UHGV virus genome: UHGV-0346409 | Reading direction: 5' to 3' (one strand) | Source of the DNA: a virus | DNA length: 44,226 nucleotides | Shown: positions 7,357 through 15,521 of the stretch, piece by piece | How the letters are laid out: every line of letters starts with the position of its first letter | Position numbering within the stretch: position 1 is the first letter of the stretch | Translations under genes and position numbers: made by a program | The notes under the pieces: model-generated | What the model was told of the DNA's origin: nothing | Database searches by the model: none | What the model saw: only the letters and a program-made list of their open reading frames with translations

Positions 7357-7581
7357 ATGTTAAGACATATTGACCGCATTACCTGGCGTAACGGCTGGCA
7401 CCTGAATGGGCGCCCGGCACATGTTGCAGAGATCCAACCTATTTTTGATGGGCGTATGGCTGCCGCGCTTTCGGTGTGGGAGCAGTATGAATCCAGGAAG
7501 GTCGAGTTGCGCGACAAAGGGCTGAGCAATGCGGACTATGAAGCCGGTTGTCGTCAGATAGCCGAAGCTCTGGAGATCTGA
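7357..7581 (+). CDS. Hypothetical early-right protein
   Basis: 74-aa ORF preceded by the conserved GAGGAAAGACCGATG cassette. Confidence 0.5.
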   Translation: MLRHIDRITWRNGWHLNGRPAHVAEIQPIFDGRMAAALSVWEQYESRKVELRDKGLSNADYEAGCRQIAEALEI

Positions 7582-7583
7582 GT

Positions 7584-8648
7584 ATGAGTCGTTTGCTGAT
7601 TAACGAAAACCCCCTTCAGGTCCTGCCCACGTTGGCATGCACTATAGGGTTGAATGAAGCCATCGTTCTACAGCAAATCCACTACTGGCTGAATTCATCT
7701 CAAAATTTCTTCGAAAATCGCCACTGGGTGTACAACAGTGTGACCGATTGGCAAGAACAATTCCCGTTCTGGAGCGAGTCGACAATAAAACGCGTGCTGG
7801 CCAATCTGGAAAAATTGAATGTGGTATTTACTGGGAACTTTAACAGTGATGCCTGGGATAAAACCAAGTGGTATTCAATCAATTATGCCCAGTTATGTAA
7901 GATTGAAGAGACAACATTCCCTGTGGCCAATCGATTAGGTCAAGTTGACCCAATCGAAGAGGTCAATGTGACCCAAGCATCAGGTCAAGTTGACCCATGC
8001 GCTAAGGTCAAAATGACCCAATCTCTTACAGAGAATACAACAGAGAGTACTACAGAGATAAAAGATCCCCCTTACCCCCAAAAGGGGGAGGGCGAGGAAA
8101 TCATTCTCGCTGACGCTCAAAAAGCTCTGAACTACTACAACGAGAAAGTCGGTACACGCTGCCGCGATGTTAAACCGTTTGTCATGCTGCTGACTGCCAC
8201 CACCACCCGCGCTGGTTACAGCGTGGCTGAGATTCAGTTAGTAATTCGTTGGGTTATTGCGACATGGCGCCGTCGTAGCGGAAGCGTGCCGAAACCTGCG
8301 AACATTTGCCGCGTAAACCGGTTTGACGGATATCTGGCTGACGCTGAGGCGTGGGCCACTGCTGAGGCTGCCGTTGACCCTGCTGAAGTTGTGAAGAGCT
8401 ACAACGAGATTCTGGGCGACCTGCTACCTATAGCTGAAATTGATACTGACCGCCGTCGGGCAATCCTGCGCCTGCTGGCACATATGCGCACGCAAACTCT
8501 TGGCGCATTTATCGGCTACTTCGAAAAATTCCGCGATAACGCCCCAGACTTCTATTTCGGCGGCGAATATCGCACCGGCTGGCGGGCAGGGTTTGATTAC
8601 CTGATGAAGCCAGAAACACTGCGTAAAACCAGGGAAGGGGCATTATGA
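7584..8648 (+). CDS. Replication initiator (lambda O-like position; conserved phage C-terminal domain)
   Basis: The N-terminal region is like phage replisome organisers and there are internal iterons. The C-terminal segment YYNEKVGTRCRD...VIRWVIATW resembles the conserved phage C-terminus family. Start chosen at MSRLLINE. Confidence 0.72.
   Translation: MSRLLINENPLQVLPTLACTIGLNEAIVLQQIHYWLNSSQNFFENRHWVYNSVTDWQEQFPFWSESTIKRVLANLEKLNVVFTGNFNSDAWDKTKWYSINYAQLCKIEETTFPVANRLGQVDPIEEVNVTQASGQVDPCAKVKMTQSLTENTTESTTEIKDPPYPQKGEGEEIILADAQKALNYYNEKVGTRCRDVKPFVMLLTATTTRAGYSVAEIQLVIRWVIATWRRRSGSVPKPANICRVNRFDGYLADAEAWATAEAAVDPAEVVKSYNEILGDLLPIAEIDTDRRRAILRLLAHMRTQTLGAFIGYFEKFRDNAPDFYFGGEYRTGWRAGFDYLMKPETLRKTREGAL
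7938..8020. repeat. Candidate ori: four iterons GGTCAANNTGACCCA at 7938, 7961, 7983 and 8006
   Basis: Read directly. Spacing is 22-23 bp, each iteron is internally palindromic, and an A/T-rich tract follows. The arrangement is like lambda ori inside gene O. Confidence 0.7.
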
Positions 8649-10036
8649 ATCCAGAAGAACTGGAAGCGATCGTTCTCGCTGGTCTGATTAACGGTGGCGC
8701 GACGCCTGACGCGTTTGATGTGATTGCCACTACTCCGGAGGAAGCCTTCAGCATCGTGTTTCACCGTCGCGCTTTCAGCGAAATCAAAAAGCAGGCACTG
8801 GCGAACGGCATGATCGACATGTTGTTTATCAGCGAAGCGCTGGGCGGTTCCAGCCTTGCGGATCTGTCTCAAATATCCCGGATCCCGGCAACGGTACCGA
8901 ATCTGAAAGGCTATGCCGGGAAAATGGTGCGGGCATGGCGGAGCCGCAAAATGGCGGCATTGTTGCAATCTGGCGCGGATGGTATCCGTAACGCTGTAAA
9001 CCAGAGTCAGCGTGATGAGGTTATTGAATCTCATGTTGCTCAGGTGCTGGATATGAGCGCCGCTACCGGCACAGTCCAGCCGGTACACATCAAAGAGCTG
9101 TTACCGCTCTACATTGACACCGTTGATAAACGGATGTCTGGTGACGCGCAGGAAATGATGCTGAAAACCGGAGTCGAGGATCTGGATGTCGCCCTGGGCG
9201 GTATCAACATGACCGATCTTGTTGTGGTTGCCGGTCGTCCAGGCATGGGGAAAACGGAATTTACCCTGAAGATTATCGATGGCGTTACCGCAGATGGCGG
9301 CGGCGCACTGTTTTTCAGCATGGAAATGGGCGCTCAGCAGATTGTTGAACGTACCGTTGCCGGGGCTGGGAATATGTCAACGTCGCGTCTGCGTAATCCA
9401 AAAGAAATGGACGATGAGGATTTGACCAGATTAACCGCCGCGCTTGCAATCATGCAGGATCGCGATATCTGGATTGTTGATGCCACTGATTTGACGATTG
9501 AGCAGATCCGCGCCATTGCAGAGACTCATAAACGCCGTTATCCGCACCTGAAGTTGATTGGTGTTGATTACATGGGCCTGATCAAAAAACCGAAGGCCGA
9601 GCGCCACGATCTCGCTGTCGGGCATATCTCCCGCAACATGAAGACTATGGCCATGCGTCTGCATACCCCTGTTTTTGCTCTTAGCCAGCTTTCCCGCCAG
9701 GTGGATTCTCGACCTGCTGGCCAGCGTCGCCCGGTGATGTCGGACCTGCGCGATTCCGGCAGTGTTGAGCAGGACGCTGACAGCATTTTGTTTTTGTACC
9801 GCGATGAAGTTTACACACCTGATTCACCTGCAAAGGGTATCGCCGAGGTGATTATCGGTAAAAACCGTTCTGGCGGGGCAGGTGAAATTATTTATCAGGA
9901 ATTCCGGAATGGGCATTTCCTGCCAATTGATCAACACGTAGCACGCGAAAAAATACGCATCCAGAAGGAGGCAGAGCAACCGAGAAAACGTGAAAAACGG
10001 TATTCAAACAAAAACTTTAATACGGACCCATTTTAA
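8645..10036 (+). CDS. DnaB-family replicative helicase
   Basis: Walker A GRPGMGKTEF, plus SMEM, ALSQLSRQVDSR and IIGKNRSG motifs. ATGA overlap with the initiator gene. Confidence 0.9.
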   Translation: MNPEELEAIVLAGLINGGATPDAFDVIATTPEEAFSIVFHRRAFSEIKKQALANGMIDMLFISEALGGSSLADLSQISRIPATVPNLKGYAGKMVRAWRSRKMAALLQSGADGIRNAVNQSQRDEVIESHVAQVLDMSAATGTVQPVHIKELLPLYIDTVDKRMSGDAQEMMLKTGVEDLDVALGGINMTDLVVVAGRPGMGKTEFTLKIIDGVTADGGGALFFSMEMGAQQIVERTVAGAGNMSTSRLRNPKEMDDEDLTRLTAALAIMQDRDIWIVDATDLTIEQIRAIAETHKRRYPHLKLIGVDYMGLIKKPKAERHDLAVGHISRNMKTMAMRLHTPVFALSQLSRQVDSRPAGQRRPVMSDLRDSGSVEQDADSILFLYRDEVYTPDSPAKGIAEVIIGKNRSGGAGEIIYQEFRNGHFLPIDQHVAREKIRIQKEAEQPRKREKRYSNKNFNTDPF

Positions 10037-10074
10037 CCACGCATGACCAGCGTGAAATAACCGAGGAAAGACCA

Positions 10075-10476
10075 ATGACCCAATTAATTAACCACACGAG
10101 TGCACACTATAGTGACGACGGTAAAAACTACCTGGATTCAATTCTGTGGCACATGAACGCAGCCGCGCGAGCACGTACCCGCTCGACATATTGCCCGCCA
10201 CCTAAAAACACTGACGTTGTGGTAATTGCAAAACCTGAGCACGTAGCAGTTATTCGCCCGGCAGAAATAACCTCAGGGACCGCCAAAACACATACCGGCG
10301 TTGTTATTAAAAATACTGGTGAGCGCACAGTAAAACTCCGCGAAACAGCGACTGCGTGGTCTGCGGGTGTAAGGGAGAACTACGATAAAAAAACAGGTTA
10401 CCGCTTAGGCGCATCAGGCAGCACCCGGTTGTTACTCGACACCGTGAAGCCCATCAGGAAGAAGGGCAAAAAATAA
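10075..10476 (+). CDS. Hypothetical protein
   Basis: 133-aa ORF preceded by GAGGAAAGACCAATG. Confidence 0.55.
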   Translation: MTQLINHTSAHYSDDGKNYLDSILWHMNAAARARTRSTYCPPPKNTDVVVIAKPEHVAVIRPAEITSGTAKTHTGVVIKNTGERTVKLRETATAWSAGVRENYDKKTGYRLGASGSTRLLLDTVKPIRKKGKK

Positions 10477-10709
10477 TGACTGGCGCAGATTATCTCCCGG
10501 CTGGGTTGCCACACAACAGGGCAGCATGGCCGCAGGAGTATCAAATACTGGAACATTACGATTTGCGCGCCGCCGGGCTGATTCGCCAGTTATACGAAAA
10601 ACGAATACCACGCGGCACGGTTACAGAGGCGTTGAAAAATACTCCTGATAATTACCGGGAGTTTTTCAGGGACCGACTGAATTACTGGAGAGGGGAACGA
10701 GAAAAATGA
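10476..10709 (+). CDS. Hypothetical protein
   Basis: 77-aa ORF with start/stop overlap (TAATG) with the previous gene. Confidence 0.5.
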   Translation: MTGADYLPAGLPHNRAAWPQEYQILEHYDLRAAGLIRQLYEKRIPRGTVTEALKNTPDNYREFFRDRLNYWRGEREK

Positions 10710-10930
10710 ACGAAATTTTACTCGCATTTATTCCACGATTTATTAACGACAAAGTGGCGTTGAGTGCCGTTAATGATCAATACGAAATTGTATGCAGCAT
10801 GATCGACATTATCCCCGGTGAGCAGTATGACGCGATGTGTGACCTGAAAATATTCACGTGGTTGGGGTGGGCCATTCCGTGTGGAGAGCCAACAAATATT
10901 CGCCCGTTTGAGGGCAGGGAGGCTGTATGA
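10706..10930 (+). CDS. Hypothetical protein
   Basis: 74-aa ORF with a 4-nt overlap with the previous gene. Confidence 0.5.
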   Translation: MNEILLAFIPRFINDKVALSAVNDQYEIVCSMIDIIPGEQYDAMCDLKIFTWLGWAIPCGEPTNIRPFEGREAV

Positions 10931-11043
10931 GTGAGTTGAAAATACGTCGCAAGACAATAGCACGCGTTAAAAATCCATTACCGGCCCCCGCCGAATGCCA
11001 TTTTTGTGGTGGGAATGTACGGATTGGTACGTATGTATGGTGA
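10927..11043 (+). pseudogene. Possible 5' remnant of a zinc-ribbon (CxxC) phage gene, 38 codons
   Basis: ATGA-coupled ORF MSELKIRRKTIARVKNPLPAPAECHFCGGNVRIGTYVW. It stops just after the first CxxC, where related phage proteins (from memory) continue for about 60 or more aa. Confidence 0.3.
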
Positions 11044-11117
11044 TTGCGAAGTGACGTAAAACAAATCGTTGTGGGTGTAATATCGTCAATATCATTGGTT
11101 TCCTGGAGGGAAAGGAT

Positions 11118-11339
11118 ATGTTTGGCGATAACCTGGAGTTACCACGGAACGGGCGGATAGTGCTCTATATTTCAGATTACAAAGTAACCCGGGCTGAGGT
11201 GTTGGAACCGGAAAAACATTTGGTCACGTTACCGGACATTATTGAGTTGTATAAGCGGGTCGGATATGTGGACTTGCATCGCGATGATGTTCCCGTTGAG
11301 TGTATGGAATGTGAACACCGGAGGTTTGAAGTTGATTGA
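11118..11339 (+). CDS. Hypothetical protein
   Basis: 73-aa ORF with a GGAGGG RBS. Confidence 0.5.
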   Translation: MFGDNLELPRNGRIVLYISDYKVTRAEVLEPEKHLVTLPDIIELYKRVGYVDLHRDDVPVECMECEHRRFEVD

Positions 11340-11375
11340 ATTGACTTAGAAAAAGCCCGGGGCTATAGTTTCCGC

Positions 11376-11412
11376 GCAGCCGCAAAATCGGTTGCCGGGA
11401 TTTGCACCCCGG
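11376..11412 (+). promoter_or_regulatory. Two abutting hairpins upstream of the terminator (GCAGCCG-CAAAAT-CGGTTGC, then CCGGG-loop-CCCGG)
   Basis: Read directly. The geometry resembles the pair at 5478..5517. Confidence 0.4.
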
Positions 11413-11431
11413 ATATCTAAAAGGCGACAAC

Positions 11432-11451
11432 GACGCGCCAGCGTCTTTTTT
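11432..11451 (+). terminator. Intrinsic terminator closing the replication/nin operon
   Basis: GACGC-GCCA-GCGTC followed by TTTTTT. Confidence 0.65.
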
Positions 11452-11611
11452 ATTGTCGTGCGCACAGCCACATCCGCGATTTATGGTGGGGCGTGTAGGG
11501 GAGTCGAAAGGCTCGCCGGGTCCTTTTAGCCGGTAGTGCAAACCCTGCATGTCTCACCACCCAAAGATTTGCACCTGAGGGGGGTGATTATCCGACTAAA
11601 AGGAAATCGCT

Positions 11612-12406
11612 ATGACAACTCAAGTATCCGCAGCAGCCATCTCCCCGATTATCCACAACCAACTTCCCGTCCTCACCACCGAATTACTCGCGAATCTCTA
11701 TGGCACAGAGCCGGATTACATTCGTAAAAACCATAACCGGAACTCAGAGCGATTCGTGGTCGGGAAGCATTACTTTTTGCTCGAAGGTGAGGAGTTGCGC
11801 GAATTTAAGCACAGCATGTCTTTAAGACCTCCTGTGAAAATCGCCAGAAATGTCCGCTCTCTCATCCTCTGGACAGAACGCGGCGCAGCTCGCCATGCCA
11901 AAATGCTGGAAACAGAACAGGCCTGGGAAGTTTTCGAAAAGCTGGAAGATTGTTATTTTAGCCAGCGTCCAGAGAGGCGGAGTACAACCACCGATGACCG
12001 CACTCCCTTACGTGATGCCGTTAATATGCTGGTCGGTAAGAAAGGCATGATGTATCCCGATGCCTACACCATGATTCACCAACGTTTCGCCGTCTCTCAC
12101 ATAGAACAACTGTCACAGACGCAAATGTTAGAGGCGATTGAATACATCCACTGCCTGCTACTCGATGAAAATCAGCCAACCATTCCAGATTTTTCTTTTA
12201 TCACCACTATCAAAAATGGAAAAGTGACCAGGATGCGCCATGTTGCCAAAGGCGAACATCTGATGACGTTTGACGCTTTCAAAGAGATCGCTGAGCGGGC
12301 AGGGTATCTGGTGATCCACAGCGACAACCTGCGAAGTATGACGCTGGATAAATTGATGGTAATGGGGAAAAAGTCGGTTGTATCCGTTGCTGATTCAGCA
12401 TTTTGA
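11612..12406 (+). CDS. ORF6N-domain protein, antirepressor-like regulator
   Basis: The N-terminal segment LPVLTTELLANLYGTEPDYIRKNHNRNSERFVVGKHYFLLEGEEL fits the ORF6N pattern. RBS is AAGGAAA. Confidence 0.65.
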   Translation: MTTQVSAAAISPIIHNQLPVLTTELLANLYGTEPDYIRKNHNRNSERFVVGKHYFLLEGEELREFKHSMSLRPPVKIARNVRSLILWTERGAARHAKMLETEQAWEVFEKLEDCYFSQRPERRSTTTDDRTPLRDAVNMLVGKKGMMYPDAYTMIHQRFAVSHIEQLSQTQMLEAIEYIHCLLLDENQPTIPDFSFITTIKNGKVTRMRHVAKGEHLMTFDAFKEIAERAGYLVIHSDNLRSMTLDKLMVMGKKSVVSVADSAF

Positions 12407-12435
12407 CAGGTTGAATGTTTGGCGCGGTTATACTC

Positions 12436-12515
12436 TATTTGCGCTTAAAAAGGTATTTAGTCACAACCAGCACGAGGCCGAATACTCTGTCAAAGTACCG
12501 CCCATGTAAAACTGT
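12436..12515. repeat. Diverged copy (5 substitutions, 1 indel) of the 3' end of the 2-TM gene at 16037..16117; frameshifted gene remnant
   Basis: Aligned by eye. The minus strand would read ...QFYMGGTLTE, then a 1-bp deletion, then VFGLVLVVTKYLFKRK-stop. Confidence 0.8.
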
Positions 12516-12583
12516 TACGTATGTACTTGATGACTAAGCTGGCACCAGGTTAACACCAGGCGCCAGCTTGAAGGAAACTTCAG

Positions 12584-13507
12584 TTATTGGTTTCTGAGGA
12601 AAGCGATTCTTGAAAGGGTCATTTGCGTCTGGCAGTCGACCATTTTCTTGACTTCAGCATCTGTTCCCTGCATTGAAACTTTACCGCACATAGCATCCTT
12701 AGTTTTGATCCACTGACGCTGAGAAGGCAGCAACTCTTTTTTCTTCGCCGGCGTTAACCTGCCCCAGACTGTATTCAAATCAGAGTCAGCATTCGCAAAT
12801 GCCATTCGGGACTGATCAAGGCTTTCAGCTTTTTGCGGCTGAAGTTGTGCCTGCCTCTCTATTTGCTTCTCCGCCTCATACCTGGCCTGTTCCTGTGCCC
12901 TGAGTTGCACCTGTTGTTCCGCTTCAATTTGACTCTGTTGGGCATCCTTAGCCTGCTGGATTTTCTGCTGCTCAACGATCGGGTTGATAATGGAAAGCGA
13001 TGTCAGTAAAGCGGCGCCCACTGATATCGGATTATCAGAAGAGGTTTTTACAAAAACGTTTTTCTGATCGTCGGTCGCCTGCACGGTGTAGGTGATACGT
13101 TTTGAAAAGGCGTTTGCGTTGTTCTCCAAAAACAGATTTTCCATTTGCTTATCGAGATTACGATTAAAATTCTTTCGGTAAGCATCAGAAAGCTGGATGT
13201 ACTCGTTCGCAGGTAGAGTCATCGTCACGGTCCCTTCACAAGTTTTCATTGTGCTGCCCGTGTCACTTGATGTTGTGGAGATTTCAGAGACGGCTAGTTT
13301 GATCTTGTCCAGTGTGCTTCGTTTGGTCTGATTAGTGACATCAGGGTATTTATCGACCTGTTCAGAGAGTCCTTCATAAGCAGATTTTTTTAATAAATCC
13401 ATGAGAGCTGATTGGGTCATTTCCGAAGAACAACCGATCTCATCTTTTTTGTTATCACAGCCTGTAAGGGCAATGGCGAGTAAGAGTACTGAGTATTTTA
13501 ATCTCAT
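12584..13507 (-). CDS. Lipoprotein with C-terminal DUF1311 (LprI-like) domain
   Basis: Lipobox LLAIALTGC, a Q/E-rich coiled middle, and the C-terminal segment LNTVWGRL...QRQWIKTKDAMCG typical of DUF1311. Confidence 0.72.
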   Translation of the reverse strand: MRLKYSVLLLAIALTGCDNKKDEIGCSSEMTQSALMDLLKKSAYEGLSEQVDKYPDVTNQTKRSTLDKIKLAVSEISTTSSDTGSTMKTCEGTVTMTLPANEYIQLSDAYRKNFNRNLDKQMENLFLENNANAFSKRITYTVQATDDQKNVFVKTSSDNPISVGAALLTSLSIINPIVEQQKIQQAKDAQQSQIEAEQQVQLRAQEQARYEAEKQIERQAQLQPQKAESLDQSRMAFANADSDLNTVWGRLTPAKKKELLPSQRQWIKTKDAMCGKVSMQGTDAEVKKMVDCQTQMTLSRIAFLRNQ

Positions 13508-13647
13508 GAATTCCCTTTAGAGTAAGGATTGGTTTTTAAGACGCGGTCTGTAATCAGTTCCGAGAGCTACAGTAAACAACGCTGAGCACTGAACGCATCA
13601 CAGGCAAGGTAAAAGGTGATATCGGCAAAGGCTGTGAAACCTTTAAT

Positions 13648-13848
13648 TCAACAGATGGGAACGGTATGCACAGGATCCTGTAACGACGCTCCCAAAACCG
13701 GAAACCTGTAAGGCATGTTTTCGCTGCTGAACTTAATATACGAACCTGCACTATCATGAACATATTTTATATCGTTATACCCCGAGTGATTGTGCCCGGC
13801 AATGGATAGTGTCCTGGAGGAACTATTTCTACTGTAAAAGGTAGACAT
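13648..13848 (-). pseudogene. Possible 3' fragment of a metallophosphoesterase-like gene
   Basis: The GHNH ... DSAGS spacing is reminiscent of the C-terminal motifs of calcineurin-like phosphoesterases. There is no N-terminal part, and an overlapping second frame (13554..13763) suggests decay. Confidence 0.2.
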
Positions 13849-14133
13849 TTAATTTCAGTGTGGAATTATTCCCTGCTGTTAATAACCATGGCTCTATATG
13901 GCACCGAGCGGACTAGTTAACTTGCCTGAAAGCCGCTATGAGTGAGGAGCGAATATTGGCACGATAGGATACCTGAACCATTTTTTGGACATGCGCTAAA
14001 AGCGAATGATTAGTTTTATCGGAATATTTACAGTATACTTACAAGGCAAGCTTGGCGTACCGTCTTGGGCGAGATTGCTTAAATTATTTTGTGGATATAT
14101 CATTCAAACAAAAGATAATAAAATGAGGTTGTT

Positions 14134-14331
14134 ATGTCATATATTCGCGTAGAGAAAGATGGCCTTCAGTATGAAGCAGAATACTTCCGTGAAGAGGATA
14201 TGGTCACAGTCTTTGGGGTTAGAGGAGGGCATTCCAGCGTGGTTCTAAATGGAATGACAGAAGTCGCGGCTGCTCGTACTGCGTTACGAAATCTTATTAG
14301 AGAAAATCAGGTTGATCCTCTAACTGATTAA
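14134..14331 (+). CDS. Hypothetical small protein
   Basis: 65-aa ORF with a GAGG RBS, in the AT-rich island. Confidence 0.45.
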   Translation: MSYIRVEKDGLQYEAEYFREEDMVTVFGVRGGHSSVVLNGMTEVAAARTALRNLIRENQVDPLTD

Positions 14332-14535
14332 AAATAAGCCATCTTAACTGAGAGCATATTTTGATATAATTTAGATTAAATCTATTTTGAAGGTTAGTTT
14401 GGGATGAGAAGATTACATCAAAACCGTTATTACTAGCAATAAGTTGTGTAAATCAAATAATACATAATCAGGTGGTAATATATACTAAGCGTAGTAAAGT
14501 TTTTATATATTCCTGTAACTTTGTGAGAAACTTCC

Positions 14536-15201
14536 ATGAAAGCCGACAACTTAAGAATTATAGAGAATGGCAAATATGTTTTCGATATGTTCTTGGATAC
14601 TGGTGAATTTTACTATACAAGTCATGCCTTTGACACGAGAGAAGATGCAAAAAGCTGGATGGAAGAATGGCAGATTTGGGCAAATAATGTATCGAGTGGG
14701 AAAGTAAGTAGTATTTATTATATTTTACAAGTGCCTGATACTTGGGCCGGTTCTTCAGATAAAAATAACCCTTACTCGGGACTTTATGTGAAAATAGGGC
14801 GTTCCAATAATGTGCTAAAAAGGTTGTCTAACCTGCAGACAGGTGCATTTGGTCAATTAATATTACACGCTTTGGAACCAGGTGGTTCAGAAAAAGAAAA
14901 CTATCTTCATGAAAAATTTAGCAACGAAAGACGTCAAGGTGAATGGTTTGTTTGTACTAAGGAACTTACCAAGCATATATTTACAACATGGTTTAAAAAC
15001 AAAATGCTCCCACCAGAACATCAAATAAAAATAATGCAGCTCGCAGAAAGAATAGGTATTTATTCGCATGTTCATACACTAATGGGGGGGAAGCCAGACT
15101 TAGTAAACCCATCTATTAGTGAACCTTGGGAATGCGAAAAATATGTTTTGGTTGATATGATTTATAGCTCTTTAGCAAAGCAAGTTAATCATAAAAAATA
15201 A
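14536..15201 (+). CDS. T5orf172 (MUG113, GIY-YIG-like) domain protein
   Basis: LYVKIGRSNNVLKRLSNLQTG...ENYLHEKFSNERRQGEWF matches the T5orf172 signature KIG.T.N...R...LQTG...E..LH..F...R..GEWF. Confidence 0.7.
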   Translation: MKADNLRIIENGKYVFDMFLDTGEFYYTSHAFDTREDAKSWMEEWQIWANNVSSGKVSSIYYILQVPDTWAGSSDKNNPYSGLYVKIGRSNNVLKRLSNLQTGAFGQLILHALEPGGSEKENYLHEKFSNERRQGEWFVCTKELTKHIFTTWFKNKMLPPEHQIKIMQLAERIGIYSHVHTLMGGKPDLVNPSISEPWECEKYVLVDMIYSSLAKQVNHKK

Positions 15202-15288
15202 AGTGTTACATTTTAACTATACAATTATTGATTCACTAATGAAGAGGTGATTTAGACGTATGAAGTTTTAATAAGCTCCAAGAATATT

Positions 15289-15433
15289 TTGTCATACATG
15301 GGTTAAAGAGTTATATAATAATATCTGCTTCTGGAACACAGCAGACAAGCACCTGCAGATAAAGGTCTGCTGAGAGCGAGAAGCGGATCATACGTTGGAA
15401 GTTGTTTAGGCAAATACGTTATAAACGTATTTG
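15289..15433 (+). promoter_or_regulatory. Candidate promoter (TTGTCA-17-TATATA) and structured 5' leader of the 134-aa gene
   Basis: Mutually exclusive hairpins: TCTGCT/AGCAGA (15324..15345) versus CAGCAGAC/GTCTGCTG (15339..15372). Also a perfect 10-bp-arm palindrome CAAATACGTT-ATA-AACGTATTTG (15411..15433). Confidence 0.4.
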
Positions 15434-15521
15434 ATTAAATTTACTTGGATCATAGTCTTCAATAACGCTTTATTATATTGTTTTTCATGCAGCAAACAGG
15501 TTCACAGGTAGGTAATAAGCT

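Noticed and set aside
12537-12570. Hairpin AGCTGGC...GCCAGCT between the convergent ORF6N and lipoprotein genes, as a bidirectional terminator
   Set aside because: It has a 7-bp stem but an 18-nt loop and no U tract on either strand, so it is too weak to call.
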